From the human T2T-CHM13v2.0 reference genome, Homo sapiens, in NCBI RefSeq assembly GCF_009914755.1, contig NC_060940.1: a stretch of DNA of 64,000 nt. One strand, 5' to 3'. Position 1 is the stretch's first letter, and every line of letters starts with the position of its first letter. The notes under the pieces were generated by a model, which saw only the letters and a list, made by a program, of their open reading frames with translations, ran no database searches and was not told the origin of the DNA. Below, piece after piece: positions 38,623 through 54,533 of the stretch. Both the position numbers and the translations under genes were made by a program.

Positions 38623-38655
38623 CTGGTATTTTGAGCTATAATTTGGTTCTTTGAG
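38623..38655 (-). other. Candidate 33-nt minus-strand exon
   Basis: Minus strand reads GTCCCTTTTTTTTCTCATAG| ... CAG|GTGAGT. Confidence 0.3.
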
Positions 38656-39419
38656 CTATGAGAAAAAAAAGGGACACGGGCTATGTTGAAGTAACAGGAA
38701 TTTGAGAAGTAAGGGTGATGAGAATCTCAGAAAACTTGCAACAGCTGGACATCCAGGTCTCCTGGAAATGGGAAGTTGATTGAGGAACTGGAGGGAAAGT
38801 TAAGGTCCTAACTTTAGTGATTGGGTTTCTGTGTCACCACCTTGGCCCAGGAGACTGTTGATACCCCCCCCCTTTGCTTTGTCTCCCCATTTCTTTTAGT
38901 GTCTCTTTCCAGCTGAGCAGTCTTCTGACTCCCACTAGTTCAAGTTTCTGAGGGAGAAGCTGATTGAGCGGAGCTGTGCATTAGACAGCTTATAGATGGG
39001 TGCTCTTAGGTCACATGTTCCCAGTGAGCCAATCAGCAGCCTCTAGAGGAGAGGTCACGCGGCACAGAATATGGCCGCCTATGCTTAAGGCATTACAGAG
39101 GGCATCTTCCTCTGGAGGGGTAGTAAATGTAGGCACTTTCTTCTAAATGGGCTATGGGTGTAACAGGCATTAGGCTGCTTCTATTTTATCAGAGGATGGG
39201 GCCATGATTAGCCCAATGAACATTTACTAATCATTGAAATTTAAGCATGGCAGCCTGGTGTGTAACCATTGTTTGAGTTAGCATACTTCAGTTTTCCCCT
39301 GTTGATTTAGTCTCATGTAAATCTCTGAAGCCTCGGCCAGTCTTTTCTTAAATACACGTAACAGCTACCATAATTCTCTTTCTGCTAGTCCTTTGGTCCA
39401 CCTAAGTTCACCTAGTCAA

Positions 39420-39793
39420 GGTAGACAGTCTGCAGCCACTATCCTTCTTCACTTTCTAAGGGCTTTCTCAGCATTGGGGGCTTATTAAGCAGCAAGCAAG
39501 TCAGTCCTGTAAATGTGGGGAAGCTGGCTCCCTGGGGTCTCTCTTAACTGTTGAGAGTCAGTGGATAAATGGCCCGGCTTCCTGTGAGACAATTGTGAGT
39601 CAGGTTCCACACAGCTCCTTAGAGTGTCCCCACTGGGAGTGAGCAGAAACCTGATTTTTAATATAAACTTTATTTGTGTATCTCCCTTCTCTGCCTCATT
39701 TTTCACACCTCCTCACTTGTACTTCCCAAATATATTCTCTGCTCCAAAATCCTTGCCTCAGGCTTTGCTTTTGGGATTATTCATACTGAGACA
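39420..39793 (+). mobile_element. ERVL solo LTR (LTR33/LTR16-like)
   Basis: GGATAAAT...ACTTCCCAAAT...AATCCTTGCCTCAGGCTTTGCTTTTGGG...GACA end. Confidence 0.6.
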
Positions 39794-39944
39794 ATAAAAT
39801 ACTACACCCATTTTAGGGAAGATCAGGAGCTAACAGTGTAGGGACCAATGCATTATGGTCTTCATCTAAATGAAGTCTGTTTCTAATATACTGAATGTTT
39901 CTGTAAGGCAAAAACTCATAGGTAATTGGTTAAATAGGGGATTG

Positions 39945-40050
39945 TATATTAATATGTAGTAATATATACATATATGTATATGTATAATATAACATGAATA
40001 TAATATACATATGTATACACATATATAATATATATGTATAATATAACATA
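39945..40050. repeat. TA-rich (TA/CATATA)n simple repeat
   Basis: ATATACATATATGTATATGTATAAT... Confidence 0.85.
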
Positions 40051-41067
40051 AAAATGACTTTGGTCCATATGCAGTATTCCATAGAAAATTGATATTTTGC
40101 CTTAACAAGAAGCGGCAATTAAAGGAATGTATACTAATATAGCTGAATGCAGCACACCTCAAAAGAATAGAGAATGGTCTATAGAATTCAAATAGGTTCT
40201 GCCTCTTGACTCACTTGCCAAATCCTCTGTCTTAGAAGTGCTTATTGAGTAATTCTCCCCTATCCTGACGCACTGCGCCTCTGTTGCCATAATTCAGCAG
40301 ATTCACCCTTTCCTTATAACCCGTCTACCAAGCCCCAATCCACATTTTTTAAAGGGAAAGCCTTATATTTACTGTAAGTTTTCATTTATCAACAATTTAT
40401 GTCTTCTCAAACACACCAGGTTTAAAAATTATGATTATAATTATTATTTGCAATAATTATGTGATTACAAAGTTGCAAAGATCTGGAGCATTCTACTCTA
40501 ATCTTGTCTTTTCCAAAATCCTTATGATTTTATTGCACAATTTTCCTAAGCATAGAGTTTTTCTGGAACACAAATATTTTCCAGAACACCTATTTCAGGG
40601 CTGCTCCACACATAGGCATATCTGTGCCAGTTAGACATAAGCACCCGGCTCATTGCGGGTACTTACTGAGGGGGTAGAAGGAACATAGTACCGCCCCCGC
40701 AAAAATGCAATTAGCCTGTTATCAAAATAACAGGGAGAGATGAATTCTTATCTTTTTGCTGGAAGGTCGGAAGAGGCATTGGGCTTAGGAAGTGGCCACA
40801 TCATAGTCATTTGATACACTGTCATTTGCATCTAGGGTAAAATTCACCATTGTTTATCTTATGATTTTATGAGTAGAGACCAACTGAAAAATTTTGTACT
40901 TTTATTAATATTATGGCATTACAACACCTTACTTTAGGAGATTCATAGTTTGGACCCTGTTTACAAAAATGTACCAGTTATATGGTATTTATTGAGTGTC
41001 TTTACTGCATACTAGGAATCATACAAGAGGGAAACAGAAGTTATTTCTATATGACTCTGATAGCACC

Positions 41068-41815
<748 letters not shown>

Positions 41816-44116
41816 CAACCAGTAGGATAAATACTACTTATTTTTCATTCCTCAGATGAGAACATTTAGTCACAGAGTGTGGGGCAGCCAGCCAACTTCT
41901 GATGTTCAGAGTCAGTGCTGTCTAAACTTAGCTTTCATGTTCTTTCTACCTCAGAAGGCTACTTCTCAATCAATTATTTGGGATCAGTTGGTTTCATCAC
42001 ATGGCATTGCATCATGAATATGCTGAACAAGGCCAAGGGAAGGCAACAATTAACTGGCAGTTTGTAGGCTTGTGATTAGATATAATTAAAAGTCACATAA
42101 AGTTCCAAAAAATATTTTTCACTTGTTTCATATCTCAACAACTTCCACTTGTTTAAGTTAGTGTTTTTCCAAGTTGCATTGTGATGAGGAGAATTTGACA
42201 TATTTTTGAGGGCTAAGAGTGAGAATGATTCAAAGCTGTGAGATTTGAAGTGATGTCTAAAAGATTTTTTTATCATGACTTATGATTTTTTATACACACA
42301 CACAGACACATACACACACATCCTAGTAGGAAAAATATCAAAATATAATAACTTTAGATAATAAGAAAAATGGTTTCTGTTTACACTGAGTTTTCACAGG
42401 TGAGATATGCATTAAAGGCACAAAAGCTAAAAGACAAAGAGAAATGGCAATTTAAGCACTTGAAAGCCTTGCTGAATTTTTTACAGACTGTGTCAAGTGG
42501 AGCTGGAAAGTGAAACCACAAATCGGAAGCTAGAAAGGAAGCAGCTAGGCAAGAGAGAGTACCTTGGACTGCTGGCTGCAGTCCCCTTCTTTTCCCCCAA
42601 GTGACCTGCACATCGGACTTCACCCTGCTACTCTCTCTTCCCAAAGATGAAATGAAGAGGTTGAATGTAATGATTACTAAGATTCTCTTTCTGCTCCCAC
42701 GATGATCTGATGCTGAGGATTTTTAAGACTTCTGTGCCGTTAGAATTGATTACTTCTAAATTGTTATCTACTATTCATAAAAAGAAAATTATTCAAGCTT
42801 GTACTTCTTGGCACAAAATATACCTGTGATTTTCTAAAATATTATCTCTTAATGCACAAAGTTCTCAAGTGCTGTAGCTAAAGGGAGCTACCACAGAGTA
42901 TTAATAGAAAATGTATGTGAGAGGATGTTATTTAATAAACCCCTAAGTCAGTAATTCTAATGATTCAAAATGACTTTAACTTTCTACTAATTAGAAGCCA
43001 GACTCTCAGCTTTGCTTCTTGATCTGCACTTCTCCCCATCTTGGTGTTCTTGGTGATGGTCATGTTCCTGGCTGGGTCACTGCTTCCATGACTGTTTATT
43101 AAAATCCCCTGGCCAAACAGTGGGCGTACTGGACTTCCTGGAGGGGTTCCCTGGAATGCCTTGAGCAAAACTTGGGTGCCAAAAGCAAAGACCTGCTGTG
43201 TTGGAGAAAGAGGAAGAGAAGAGTTCTGCTGTCTTTGCATGTGTTTGGAAATGTCTTTCTCATCAACAGATTCTCATGCTTGGGGATGCCAGGGGTGGTT
43301 TGGGTGGGCACTCTCTTCATTAATAGCCATTATTGTGGAGTCCTTAAAGTGGATTAATGATGTTTTTTAGGAAAGATAATTATCTCCTATGCTTTCCGGG
43401 AGGTACATGAACTGCTCTAAGATTGCAAGTACAAAACAGGACATTCGTGGTGCTACTGTGTGAAAAAATAACCAGCAGTACCTTGACATTTATAGATTTT
43501 ATATAAGCATGTGAGTATGGACCTTGGGCCTCACCAGCCCCAGAACACCCCAGGCGTCCTTGTACCGCAGGGCCTTTGTATGTGCTGCTCTTGCTGCTTG
43601 ACCTGCCCCACCCAGTATCTGTAAGCCTTGCTCTTTCTTTCAATTAGAATCTTTACTTAAACATCCTCTTTTTGCACAGGTTACCCTACATAAATCAACG
43701 TGCCTCCTGTCTCCTATCACTCTCTGTCCCTTTATCCTGCTTTGCTTTTTCTTCACAGCACTTATTTCCTGACACAGTAAATCATTTATAAGTTGCTTAT
43801 TTTCCACCTCCTCCTCTGGAATACATGCTCTGTGAATACAGGCTCTCTGCTTGTCTTGGTCTCTGTTTAATTCCTAATCCTGGCAGAGCACCTGTGACAT
43901 AGTGAACACTCAACAACTGTTTGCTGAATGAAAGAAAAAATGAAAAGGTTCACATGGAGATGAGAGCCACTGGCCAACAATTTCAGTCAAAACATATTAT
44001 TTACTTAAAAATGCAATGTCTGCATATATTTGACAATGATAATTTATTGAAAACAACAACAGTGAATACATGAGTTGATATCTGTCTTTTCAATAGATAT
44101 ATAATGAGCCTCTGGA

Positions 44117-44422
44117 TTTTATTTTTATTTTTATTACTCACGTATTTTTTGAAACAGAGTCTCACTATTATCACCCAGGCTGGAGCACAGTGTGCGATCA
44201 CAGCTCACTGCAGCCTCCTCTGCCCAGGCTCAGGTGATCCTCCCACCTCAGCCTCCCCAGTAGCTGGGACTATAGGTGCACACCACCACGCCCAGGTAAT
44301 TTTTTGTAGATAGGGTTTTGCCATGTTGTCCAAGCTGGTCTTGAACTCCTGGGCTCAAGCAATCCATCTTCCTTGGCCTCCAAAAGTGCTGGGATTACGG
44401 GTGTGAGCCACTGTGCCTGGCC
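44117..44422 (-). mobile_element. AluJ
   Basis: CACAGCTCACTGCAGCCTC...CTCCTGGGCTCAAGCAATCC; TSD remnant CTGGATTT. Confidence 0.93.
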
Positions 44423-45268
44423 ATCCCTGGATTTGAAAAGGAAAGGGGTAGAGTGACAAGGACTGGTTGCATCTCACATTCCAAACTGCTTGTTTTAGTA
44501 TGCGCTAATGCATCAACCTTTTATTACTGCCCAGACCGTAGACCTGGCTTGTTCCTTTTCACATGTTATTCTCACCAGAAGCTACAAAGTAGGTGTTATT
44601 TGTATTATTATTGCTGTTGTTGTTGTTAGAATACATATTCCTCATTTACAGACAAGTACACAGGCTAAGCATGACTGCAACTTTTGAATTGTCATGCAGC
44701 TCAGAACTGGGGGATCTAGAAACTGAATTCAGCAGCTGATTATTTGGTTCCCAATACCATGGTCTTGCTACTTACCTACTAGAAAGGATTCTCATTTGTC
44801 TATTTAAGTTCTTCTCCTCTACTCTCTGAGGAGGATTCTTTCAGCTCTTAGTGAAATAAAACTAGAAATGGAAAGGGAAGTCTCAAATCTATGTTCAGAA
44901 GAGGGAAGAGGTTTAACCTGGGGGTGGGAGGGAAGCAGATAGATGTGCTAGCAGAGCAAGCAGTTTGAGATCTAATATACAGCCTTAGTGGGATTAAAAA
45001 TATGAGGTATAATTTGTGTTCATTTATTCTACAGATGTATTTTGAGAACATAGTGAAGGCATGATGCCTGGCCCACAGTAGGTGCTCAATAAACGTGTGT
45101 TGAATAATACATGAAGGACACGAATAAATGTGTGTTGAATAATGAATGAAAGACACAAATTCAGGAGGTAATTTTGTTTGCTGGTTTGTGTCCCTTTATC
45201 TCTTTATCTTGTGATGTGGAACCACACTCACAGAGTCCCTTCATCTTCATTCATTTCATTCATTCTTT

Positions 45269-45538
45269 TTTTTTTTTTTTTGAGATGGAGTTTCACTCTT
45301 GTCATCCAGTCTGGAGTGCAATGTTGTAATCTTGGCTCACTGAAACCTCTGCCTCCCAGGTTCAAGCGATTCTCCTGCCTCAGCCTCCCGAGTAGCTGAA
45401 ACTACAGACGTGTGCCACTATGCCTGGCTAATTTCTTGTATTTTTAGTAGAAACAGGGTTTCACCATGTTGGCCAGGCAGGTCTCAAACTCCTGACCTCA
45501 GATGATCTGCCTACCTTGGCCTCCCAAAGTGCACTGCC
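45269..45538 (-). mobile_element. AluSq-like with deletion near the 5' end
   Basis: GGAGTTTCACTCTTGT...GAGTGCAATG; TSD TTCATTCATTCTT. Confidence 0.9.
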
Positions 45539-47319
45539 TTCATTCATTCTTAAATCATTCATTTCTTTGTGGAAGCCCCTTAGCTCCATGTAGTTTATGG
45601 ATGTGTCAGAACAAACTGAATATTGTTTATTCTTTTACTTTTTAAAGAGATGAGTATTTGAGTCCTCTGATTCACAGTGAATTTCAGAATTCTATCAGCT
45701 AAATACCTCTTGAAGCTCCGATTACCAAGACTATAAGCCCTTCTACAGCATTAAGGGATTGCTCGTAAAGATACTGCTATTATGCATCTGGTGTAAAGCC
45801 TCCTCATCTTTAGCTCAATTCAACAAGTTTCCATTCAGTGCCCAGCTCTAAAAGTCTTAAATGGAAATTGATTCCCTACTCCTTCTATTTTAACTGTCAA
45901 AATCATAGACTGCATTGTTTCCAACTGAAAATCCGCTGACAGCTCCCCACCAACCACCCCGTGAGCCTTCCTAGGGCTGGCGTTGATGATGCTGCTATCA
46001 ATGGGGAATCTACATTGTGCACGGGTATTTATGATGAGAAAATCATGTGGCATAAAAGAGAATAATTGCCTTCATAAGTGTATAATTTTTTATACTATAA
46101 GCTTCTCAATGAAAAAGCATTCTAAGGGAGGCATAATTGCTAATTTTCGGTGTTAAACATACCTCTGAAGAGTATTTCACAGTCTAACTCTCTGAGTGTC
46201 ATGTCTTCCTGTGGCCCGGGGAAGAGAGTGGGAAGGAAATAAAATTTCATTGAGCATCTACATAGGACCAGGCCCTGTGAGTTCTTGGATATTGGTTTCT
46301 TCTTATAATGACTTGAGAATTACATGGAATTATCCCCATTATATGAGAAGACAGAGTCTCACAGGAGTTAAATCACTTCTCATAAAATCATCTCTCATAG
46401 TTATGTGAGTTCAGAATGCACGTCTATGCTACCCCAAAGTCCAAGCTTAATAGAGAAATCTACAGCAACTCTTTATATTCTGGAGAGGTTTTATTACTAA
46501 GCTTAAGAATTGAGGTGCCCTAAGAACGGGCTGCCCCCAAAATATTTTCCTCACCACCTCACTTCTGTTTCCAGAAGCCCAACATGAAAATCACTCTTCT
46601 GAAATAAGTCCTGGAGTCTTCTTTAGGCTTCTGCTAAAAAGTCTTATTCGTGAGATGTCTAGCGTAACTTCTTTTTTTAAGTCAAGGAAAATGTGTAGAA
46701 TTTAGGTCAAGATGCACTGAGAATAATTTGCAAAACCCGTAAATCCGTAGCTGATATATTTAACACCAGGTCCAAACTGTTTCTGAAGGATTGAATCTCT
46801 TGCCTGAATACTGAAGAAAATGGAGGCATGATCTGAGGTTGGGGAATATTCTACCTTGCCAAGGATAACTGTAGAGTATTGTGACAAAGTGCAAAGATGC
46901 CACATGGATTCTGGATCAGTCAGACCTGGGTTGGAATCCTGATTCTGCCAGTACACCTTTCTGCCTGGTTAGCTTGGAACAAAGCAGTTAATCTATTGAG
47001 CTTCATTATCTCTCTCCTGAGGCTCTTGTGAGGACTAAATGAGACAATACCTAATGCTTCATACAGAGACAGTGGTCACTCTATCATAATAATAGGAGCC
47101 CTCATTGTTTATGTCTTTACCATATATCATTATCCAATATATTCCTTTATATCATTATCCAAATAAATACATCTGATCAAATCCCCCAAATTGCTTTCTT
47201 CTCAGCATTCCTTGGTGCAAAATATGAGATGTCCTTTGACTATATAATATAAAATATACTATAACATATAATATTGACCTTATATTGAAGATGTATTTGT
47301 ACCCGACATACAATATTTT

Positions 47320-47920
47320 TAGAAATAATGTTTCATTATAAAATTTTTTACACGTACAGAAAAGTTTAATTTTGCAGTGAGCACTCATGTACCCACCACC
47401 TAGATTCTACCGTTACCATTTAATCCACGCATTTTACCACCTATCTTTCCTTCTGTGTGTCTCCCGTCCATCCACTAATCTACCTCATGTTTTCGATTGG
47501 ACACATTTCAAAATAAATTGTAGATATGCTCTCCCTCTAAATACTTCAGCATGCATATTTTTCAGTAGAGTTCAATATTTGCTTACATATTGTTTCTCTT
47601 TTGATGTAAAATTTACACACAGTGAAATGCATAAATCTTAAGTGTGTATTCTGAGTTCTAACAAATACACACATCTGTGTAACCCAAAGCATTGCCAAAA
47701 TGCAGAATTACTGCAGAAAGTTCCCTCAAGCCTCTTCCGAGTCAATTCTGACTCCTACCACAGCAAAAGTAACCATTGCTCTGATTGTTTTCTATCTTGG
47801 ATTAGTTTTATCTGTTCTAGAACTTGATATAAATAGAATCATGCAGCACATACTCTTTTATGTAAGGCTTCCTTGACTCAACATGTTGTTTTTAGGATCC
47901 TTGCATGTTGTTGCACCGAT
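47320..47920 (-). mobile_element. L1M fragments
   Basis: AAATTTACACACAGTGAAATGCATAAATCTTAAGTGT...TTCTAGAACTTGATATAAATAGAATCATGCAG. Confidence 0.75.
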
Positions 47921-50178
47921 GTGCTTTCTGAATCGGGAAAAACAAATATTTTTGTGTTTGTAGAAGTCTAGCTTACCCTGATGCCAGATTTAAATTCCCT
48001 GTGCCAAACACATTGTGTGCTCCTGGTCCCTGCCCCCTTTAACTTCCCCAGCATAGTGCCTTTGTTCATGTTCTTTCTTTCCATCACTCCCTGGACTCTG
48101 GCTGTTCATATTCTGCCCTTCCTCTGGAGATCAGCTCCAATCCCAAACTTTTCCAAAGTCTGCATTGACTCCCTTGGGTTTCTGCCTGAGCTCTCTCTCC
48201 TTTGGACACTGGACTGCCATCCCATTAACTGTTGATGTTGTCATCAGTGATCAGCTCCTGGTCATAAACTAAGGAAGAGTTAGGTGGGAGCACTGGCACT
48301 GAGGGTCCATGTGCTCACTTAGCTTTCCAGGGAGGGGCTAGACCACAGGTACTCTTCACCCCACGAGCCAAAAGGAGTGGATCTAGAGTGACCATTGCAA
48401 GGCCTCAAAGAGAAACGAAGAGTGAGGAGTGATGGGGAAAGAGCCAAGGGGACCATCCCTGAGTCATGGGCGTGCCTTGGGTTGAGGCTAAAGGTTCAAG
48501 AGGGAGGAGTAAAGAAGGGAAGGAAACTGTCAGGAGTGATTGCTGTCATGTGGAAGAAGCCTAAACATGAAGTCATGAGAGACGCACCTTGTGGCTGGTG
48601 GGAATGCTACACAATCATGCAACATGTGCGTAATTTTCTCAACTAAATTGCAAGCTGATGTCTTACTATTGACAGGAATAAAGTTTCATAAGGTGTTCCC
48701 TGCAGTGGCCTGACTGTGCAAGGTGCTGATAGATACTTGCTAGTTGATAATGATGCCTCTCACATGGCCAGTCATTTTAGCAATTAGTTTCATTGATATT
48801 GTGGGACTGGGCTTATTGGAGATTTGACTGAATTGACCATTTCAGCCACTACAGCCTTTGCAGAATTTGTGTCTGTCAACCTGGCCTTCCCAAGGAAATG
48901 GAGGTTAGGCAATAAGGAATGTGTTCATTTTATTGCCATTTTACTACCACAGCATGGTAGATTCCAGCTATTAATCCTCATGGTATAAGGTGCTTTTTAT
49001 ATCTTCAAAAATATGGTATAGCCTTGATCTCTCTTCTTGCTGCTCTGGAATTAAAATAGAAATCTTTATCCCTATCTCAAAATCTTTGGGGCAGGTTAGG
49101 AGAGCTGGGCTTCAGGATCATCCAGCCTAGTGCTTAGGTCTGTTTACAGCTCAGCAACATTTCCATTGGTTGAGGGATATTGTTCAGCAGCCACTGAACA
49201 TCAGGCTCTGACCTCTTGTTTCTTTGCTGTCTAACCCAGCAGACCATCCTCGGTTAATACTTACTCTGATTCAGCCTAGCAAAGAAGATCAGAAGCAATT
49301 CTGTGTCCGCAGGCTCCCTTTCACACCTTTAATATTTTGTATTTTGCAAACATTTTGAGTTAGTTAGCAGGTCTCTTGCTTTCTCTTGAGGGCTGGGCAC
49401 AAATGTTCAAGAATAATCATTGTAATGGCATCTCTCTGATTAAAAAGACAGCTGGCAAGATTGAGATAGAACATCAAATTCTGAAACATCATTAGCAGGA
49501 TTCTATTTTGGTTAGGTATAATCTTCTGTGAGGTCATCATGTTGTCTTCGATGAGTCTAACCATTTTATATCATTTAGATCTAAACAGACCCATCATGTC
49601 ACAGGCAAATGGCTTTATCATATTTAATTAACCCAACACCATGTAATAATCTCCCTGGTAATTATCCCTCACTAGTGCTTGAAAGCGTGCTGCAACAAAT
49701 AAATCATCAAAGTTGCAGGTATACTTAAACTGTTATTTGGTGCCGTGGCAGAAGAATATTGACAAGTCACAGTGCAATCCTAATTATACTAAGAAAATGT
49801 AAATGGCTTCATCAAAAAAAGAAAGAGCCAGATGGCAGGTTTTATATACTGTATCCTCCTGTGTTAGAAAATGGGGTATTAAAAAGGCTTCATGCCCTCA
49901 GCATCAGGGAAGAAGAAGAAATAAAGGCTGATACCTCTGTCTTTATGGAGGCCACGTTGAACCTCTAATTCTGGAGAATGGTAACATTGAAGAGGACATT
50001 AGTGGCCATTGACATTTATGTCTCCTGATGCCACCCTACATATAAGTGAATGAATATTACCAGGATGAATGCTACTTTTCTTATGATAGGAATTGATTGA
50101 GGAGGATAGGAGCAATTCCATGATGCCCTAGATTTTACTTTATGTTTGCAAATGACAAATTATTCACAGAAAGACATG

Positions 50179-50197
50179 TGCCCACCAGGTGGTGAAT
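50179..50197 (+). promoter_or_regulatory. CTCF-like motif
   Basis: TGCCCACCAGGTGGTGAAT versus consensus core CCACCAGGTGGCG. Confidence 0.4.
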
Positions 50198-51071
50198 CAA
50201 TGTGTTTCCATTGACCTGGCTTTTCTAATGCATCAGCAAGAACACATTTACCGGAATGCATTGCAATTAAAAAGCAAAATTCAGTTGGAAACAATGGACT
50301 TAAACCTACGAAATGTAACAGGATAAGTCAGAGAGGAAATTTGATTTCAATGGTGAGATTAACGAGCCCATGAATGCATGGTGCATACGGCACAGACAAA
50401 GATAACTGAATTGGATTTTCAATAAGCATAGAGTTCTAGATTTCCCTGTTCTTGAATTGTGTACCGTACCACCCAGCTGCTGTCCCCAGCTAATTTTGCC
50501 AGAGCTGGATGTCAGCCAAAGCACAACTGTCTATGGCTTGGGAAGTTCTCCTTTGAGTCAGATTATTTAGTTAGCTCAGGCTGGTAACTGCCACAGAACC
50601 TGGCTGTGATTTGGTCTTATTAGAAAACAAATTTGGAAAGTATTAGAGAATAGTGTTCGAATAGTAATGTTTTCCCTTGCTTTCCTTAATATTTCCTTTG
50701 TGTGAGTGTGTGTTTTTGTGCACATTGCACTGTTGTTACCCAACCAATCAGAAATTCTGTTTATTATAAAAGTAATTCTCCTTAATTAGAGAAAATTTGG
50801 AACGTAAAAAAGGAAAAGGAAGAAAATTGCTCAAAGTTTGCAGTCCAATTATAATGGTTCTTGACCGTTTAGTTATTTAGTCTTTTTCCTTTATGCATAC
50901 ATTTTGAAATTGTTGGTTTAGTTTTTTTATAGTTTGACTCATCAAAAATCATATATTCACTATCCTGCTTAAAAAATCATCATAAGTTTAATCTATATAG
51001 TTACATATTCAATCATTATGCTTTGAGTTATATTGACATTCCATAGACAGATGTCATTTCATGATTTTTAA

Positions 51072-51465
<394 letters not shown>

Positions 51466-52125
51466 AATAGTTCCAATTTTTTATGTGTATATTTTTAAAA
51501 AATTAAGTTGTGACTTTAGCGTGAATTGAAATTTGTTTGACTATACTTTATAAACCCTTTTATATTGTTTTATAATTTTTTGCAAACATAATTTTTAACA
51601 ATGCATAACTTGTTTATCACAAGTCAGACCCAGAATATTTAGCTCTTCCTTTGTGTTCATTCACTGAAATCAAGGTGCTTTCCAGTTTTTTACAATGATA
51701 AATAATACTTTGACTTATCAATTAATTAAAATGTGTTATATGTCAATTATATACAGAGCACTGGGCTAAACTGGTTATCTGTGTACATAAACTTTCCAAG
51801 TTTGGGATTGTCTGCTTAGAAAGGATATATTAAATTGGTACCATTGGACCCAATATGACTGGTGTTTGTAAGGGTCTAGGTAGAGGCTGCTTGATAGCAT
51901 TTGTAAAGGGCAATTAATCTATTCTGCCGTCAGCATTACAGCTCGCTTCACCACACCTGTGCACTCAACGACTCTTCCTCCCCGAAAGTGGAGACAGTGA
52001 GGCAAAGGACATGGAGAAACGGAGGCTCGGAGAGTTTCAGTAACTTTCCCCAGTCCACCAGCTTGTATCGGAATTGGGATTTGAGCTCAGGTCTGTCCAG
52101 CTTTAGAATGCAAACTCTTAAGTGC

Positions 52126-52836
52126 TGCCTTAAGTTTGATTCCCCAGAAGAAGGTCCTGGGATGAGAATTTGTGTTAAAGTGATGTATCGGAAAGGTTGC
52201 TAGGAAAAACGTATAGGGAAGTGGGAACCGAGTTTGGCAAGAGGGAGACTGAGCAAGGGTGTCATCTCAAGCGAAGTTCCATTGAGATAACTTTGGCCTC
52301 ATCTTCCAGGGAGACTGGGAATGATGTGATTTGCACTTCAGTGCTGGCCCCTTTGGGGCAAGGCAACTTGAGTATTTATAACTCTTGACCCACAAGTCCT
52401 TGGTTAAAGGCTGCTGGGATAGTGGGCAGGCAGGGGCACAAGTTGTCAGATGCTTCTGTACTTCATGTGTTACAGACAAAGCAGATCCACTAGATGCAGC
52501 CTTTTGGAAAAAGACACAGATGCCCTTGATGTGCTGGTGTCGGTTAGCAATGGCTTGGAAGAGCTGGATGTTAAATTGTTAGGAATTTTGCAATCTGGTT
52601 GACCCCACTGACAGCTTGAAATCAGCCATGGTGAGAGTATCTACACCATGGAAATTGGCCAACATTACAAATTAGGGCTCCCTTCCCTCCACCCAGAAGT
52701 GTTCAGTAAATATTTACTGGCATACTACCGGAGCTGCTGGCCTTTGGGAATGGAAGCATACTGGGGGTCCGTGTGCACTAAAATGGCAAAGAAAACCTAG
52801 GGGATGTGGATGGTGCAGGGACAGCATCTACTGCAG
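52126..52836 (-). mobile_element. ERVL solo LTR (LTR16/33-like) interrupted by MER63A
   Basis: TTCCCCAGAAG...GAGAATTTGTG...GTATTTATA...TTGGTTAAAGGCTGCT...ACAGCATCTACTGCA. Confidence 0.55.
52528..52730 (+). mobile_element. MER63A
   Basis: GTGCTGG...AGGAATTTTGC...AGCTTGAAATCAGCCATGGTGAGAGTATCTACACCATGGAAATTGGC. Confidence 0.8.
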
Positions 52837-54159
52837 CACTCATGTATACCAGCTGCAATATGGTAGGAAACCTGCCCCTGCCCACACAGGCTAGGCAGAG
52901 GTGTGTGAGAAAAAGGGAACTGGTGAGAGGGAGGGGAACATGCTGGATTTCAGAGCAAGGTCTCTCAACCTGAGGTGGCCTGGGTATGAGACATGCTACG
53001 CAGAAAAAAACCTAGAAATAACTGAGATTAAAATAGCTAACTAAGCTACTGAATACTTGCACTGCCAGGCACTGAGCTAGATGCTTTACTTTGGCTAATC
53101 TTCATAGGAGCCCTAGGAGGTAGATTTCATCATCATCATCCTCATTCTAACTATTATTATCATCTTTGTCATCCTTCTTCTACAGATGATAAAATTGAGA
53201 TTTAGAGAAGTAAAGTAATATGTCTAACATCATAGTGGGATGGCTGAGCTCTGAACCCATTCAATCTGACTCCAAATGCAAAGATTGAATAACTTTGACA
53301 GAATAGGTCCCACTTCCTATGGACTGAGTACACATGGTTGTGGGGGCATAGGTTGCTTCAGTGGCCATCAGGATGACCTGGGAGTAACCTAATTTTACGT
53401 GATTATAGGCTTAACCATCTGGTTATCAGGAAAAAAAACCATGTAGAGAGCACACGAGAGCCCAGAATCAGTAGCTGGGCCTCCTGGTGTGGAAAGGTTA
53501 GAACTCAAATCTCATCGAGGGATGGAAGTCTGGATACACTCCTTTCATCTCTCAGAATCAGCTCCAGGCTGGCCCAAAACAAATGATACAGAGGCTGAGA
53601 AAGGCAGAGCAAACCTGGGACATGGGGCTGAGCCAGCAGAATCATTAGCAGTCAGGCTGTGTGAATTTTTTTGTGGTAAGAGAGATAAATGTCCCTCTTG
53701 TTCTTTGTGGTTTCCTTTGCCATAAGAGCCACTGCTTTGTGAAAGTTCTTCTTTCCTTTCTCTGGCTTGCCCATCCCTGGATTGATGTAGTAGCCAGCAG
53801 CAAGGACATATGAAGGGTCTGGAAGTGGAAGGCTGCCACCCCTGCCCTGCTCCCACTTCTGGGCCCCCAGGGATCCCCTGACATAAACAGTCCTGCAGGA
53901 GGAAATAATAGGTGGACTTGTCCCTGTGACACAGTGGAGGTAGGTCTGGAAGTTTCCTTTGAACATTAGGTAGGTCTCAGCTTTGTATTTCAGGTGCTTT
54001 TATCATGTGTTTTATCCTGTAACAGTACATTCTAGAGCTACCTTTCAAGTGTCATCAATCTCCAATTCATTTTATATTTTCCTCTATGTATGTACATTTG
54101 TATGTATGTGTGTTCAGTTACCATTATGAAGTAACTGACCTGAAGCAAACTGAAAATAA

Positions 54160-54533
<374 letters not shown>

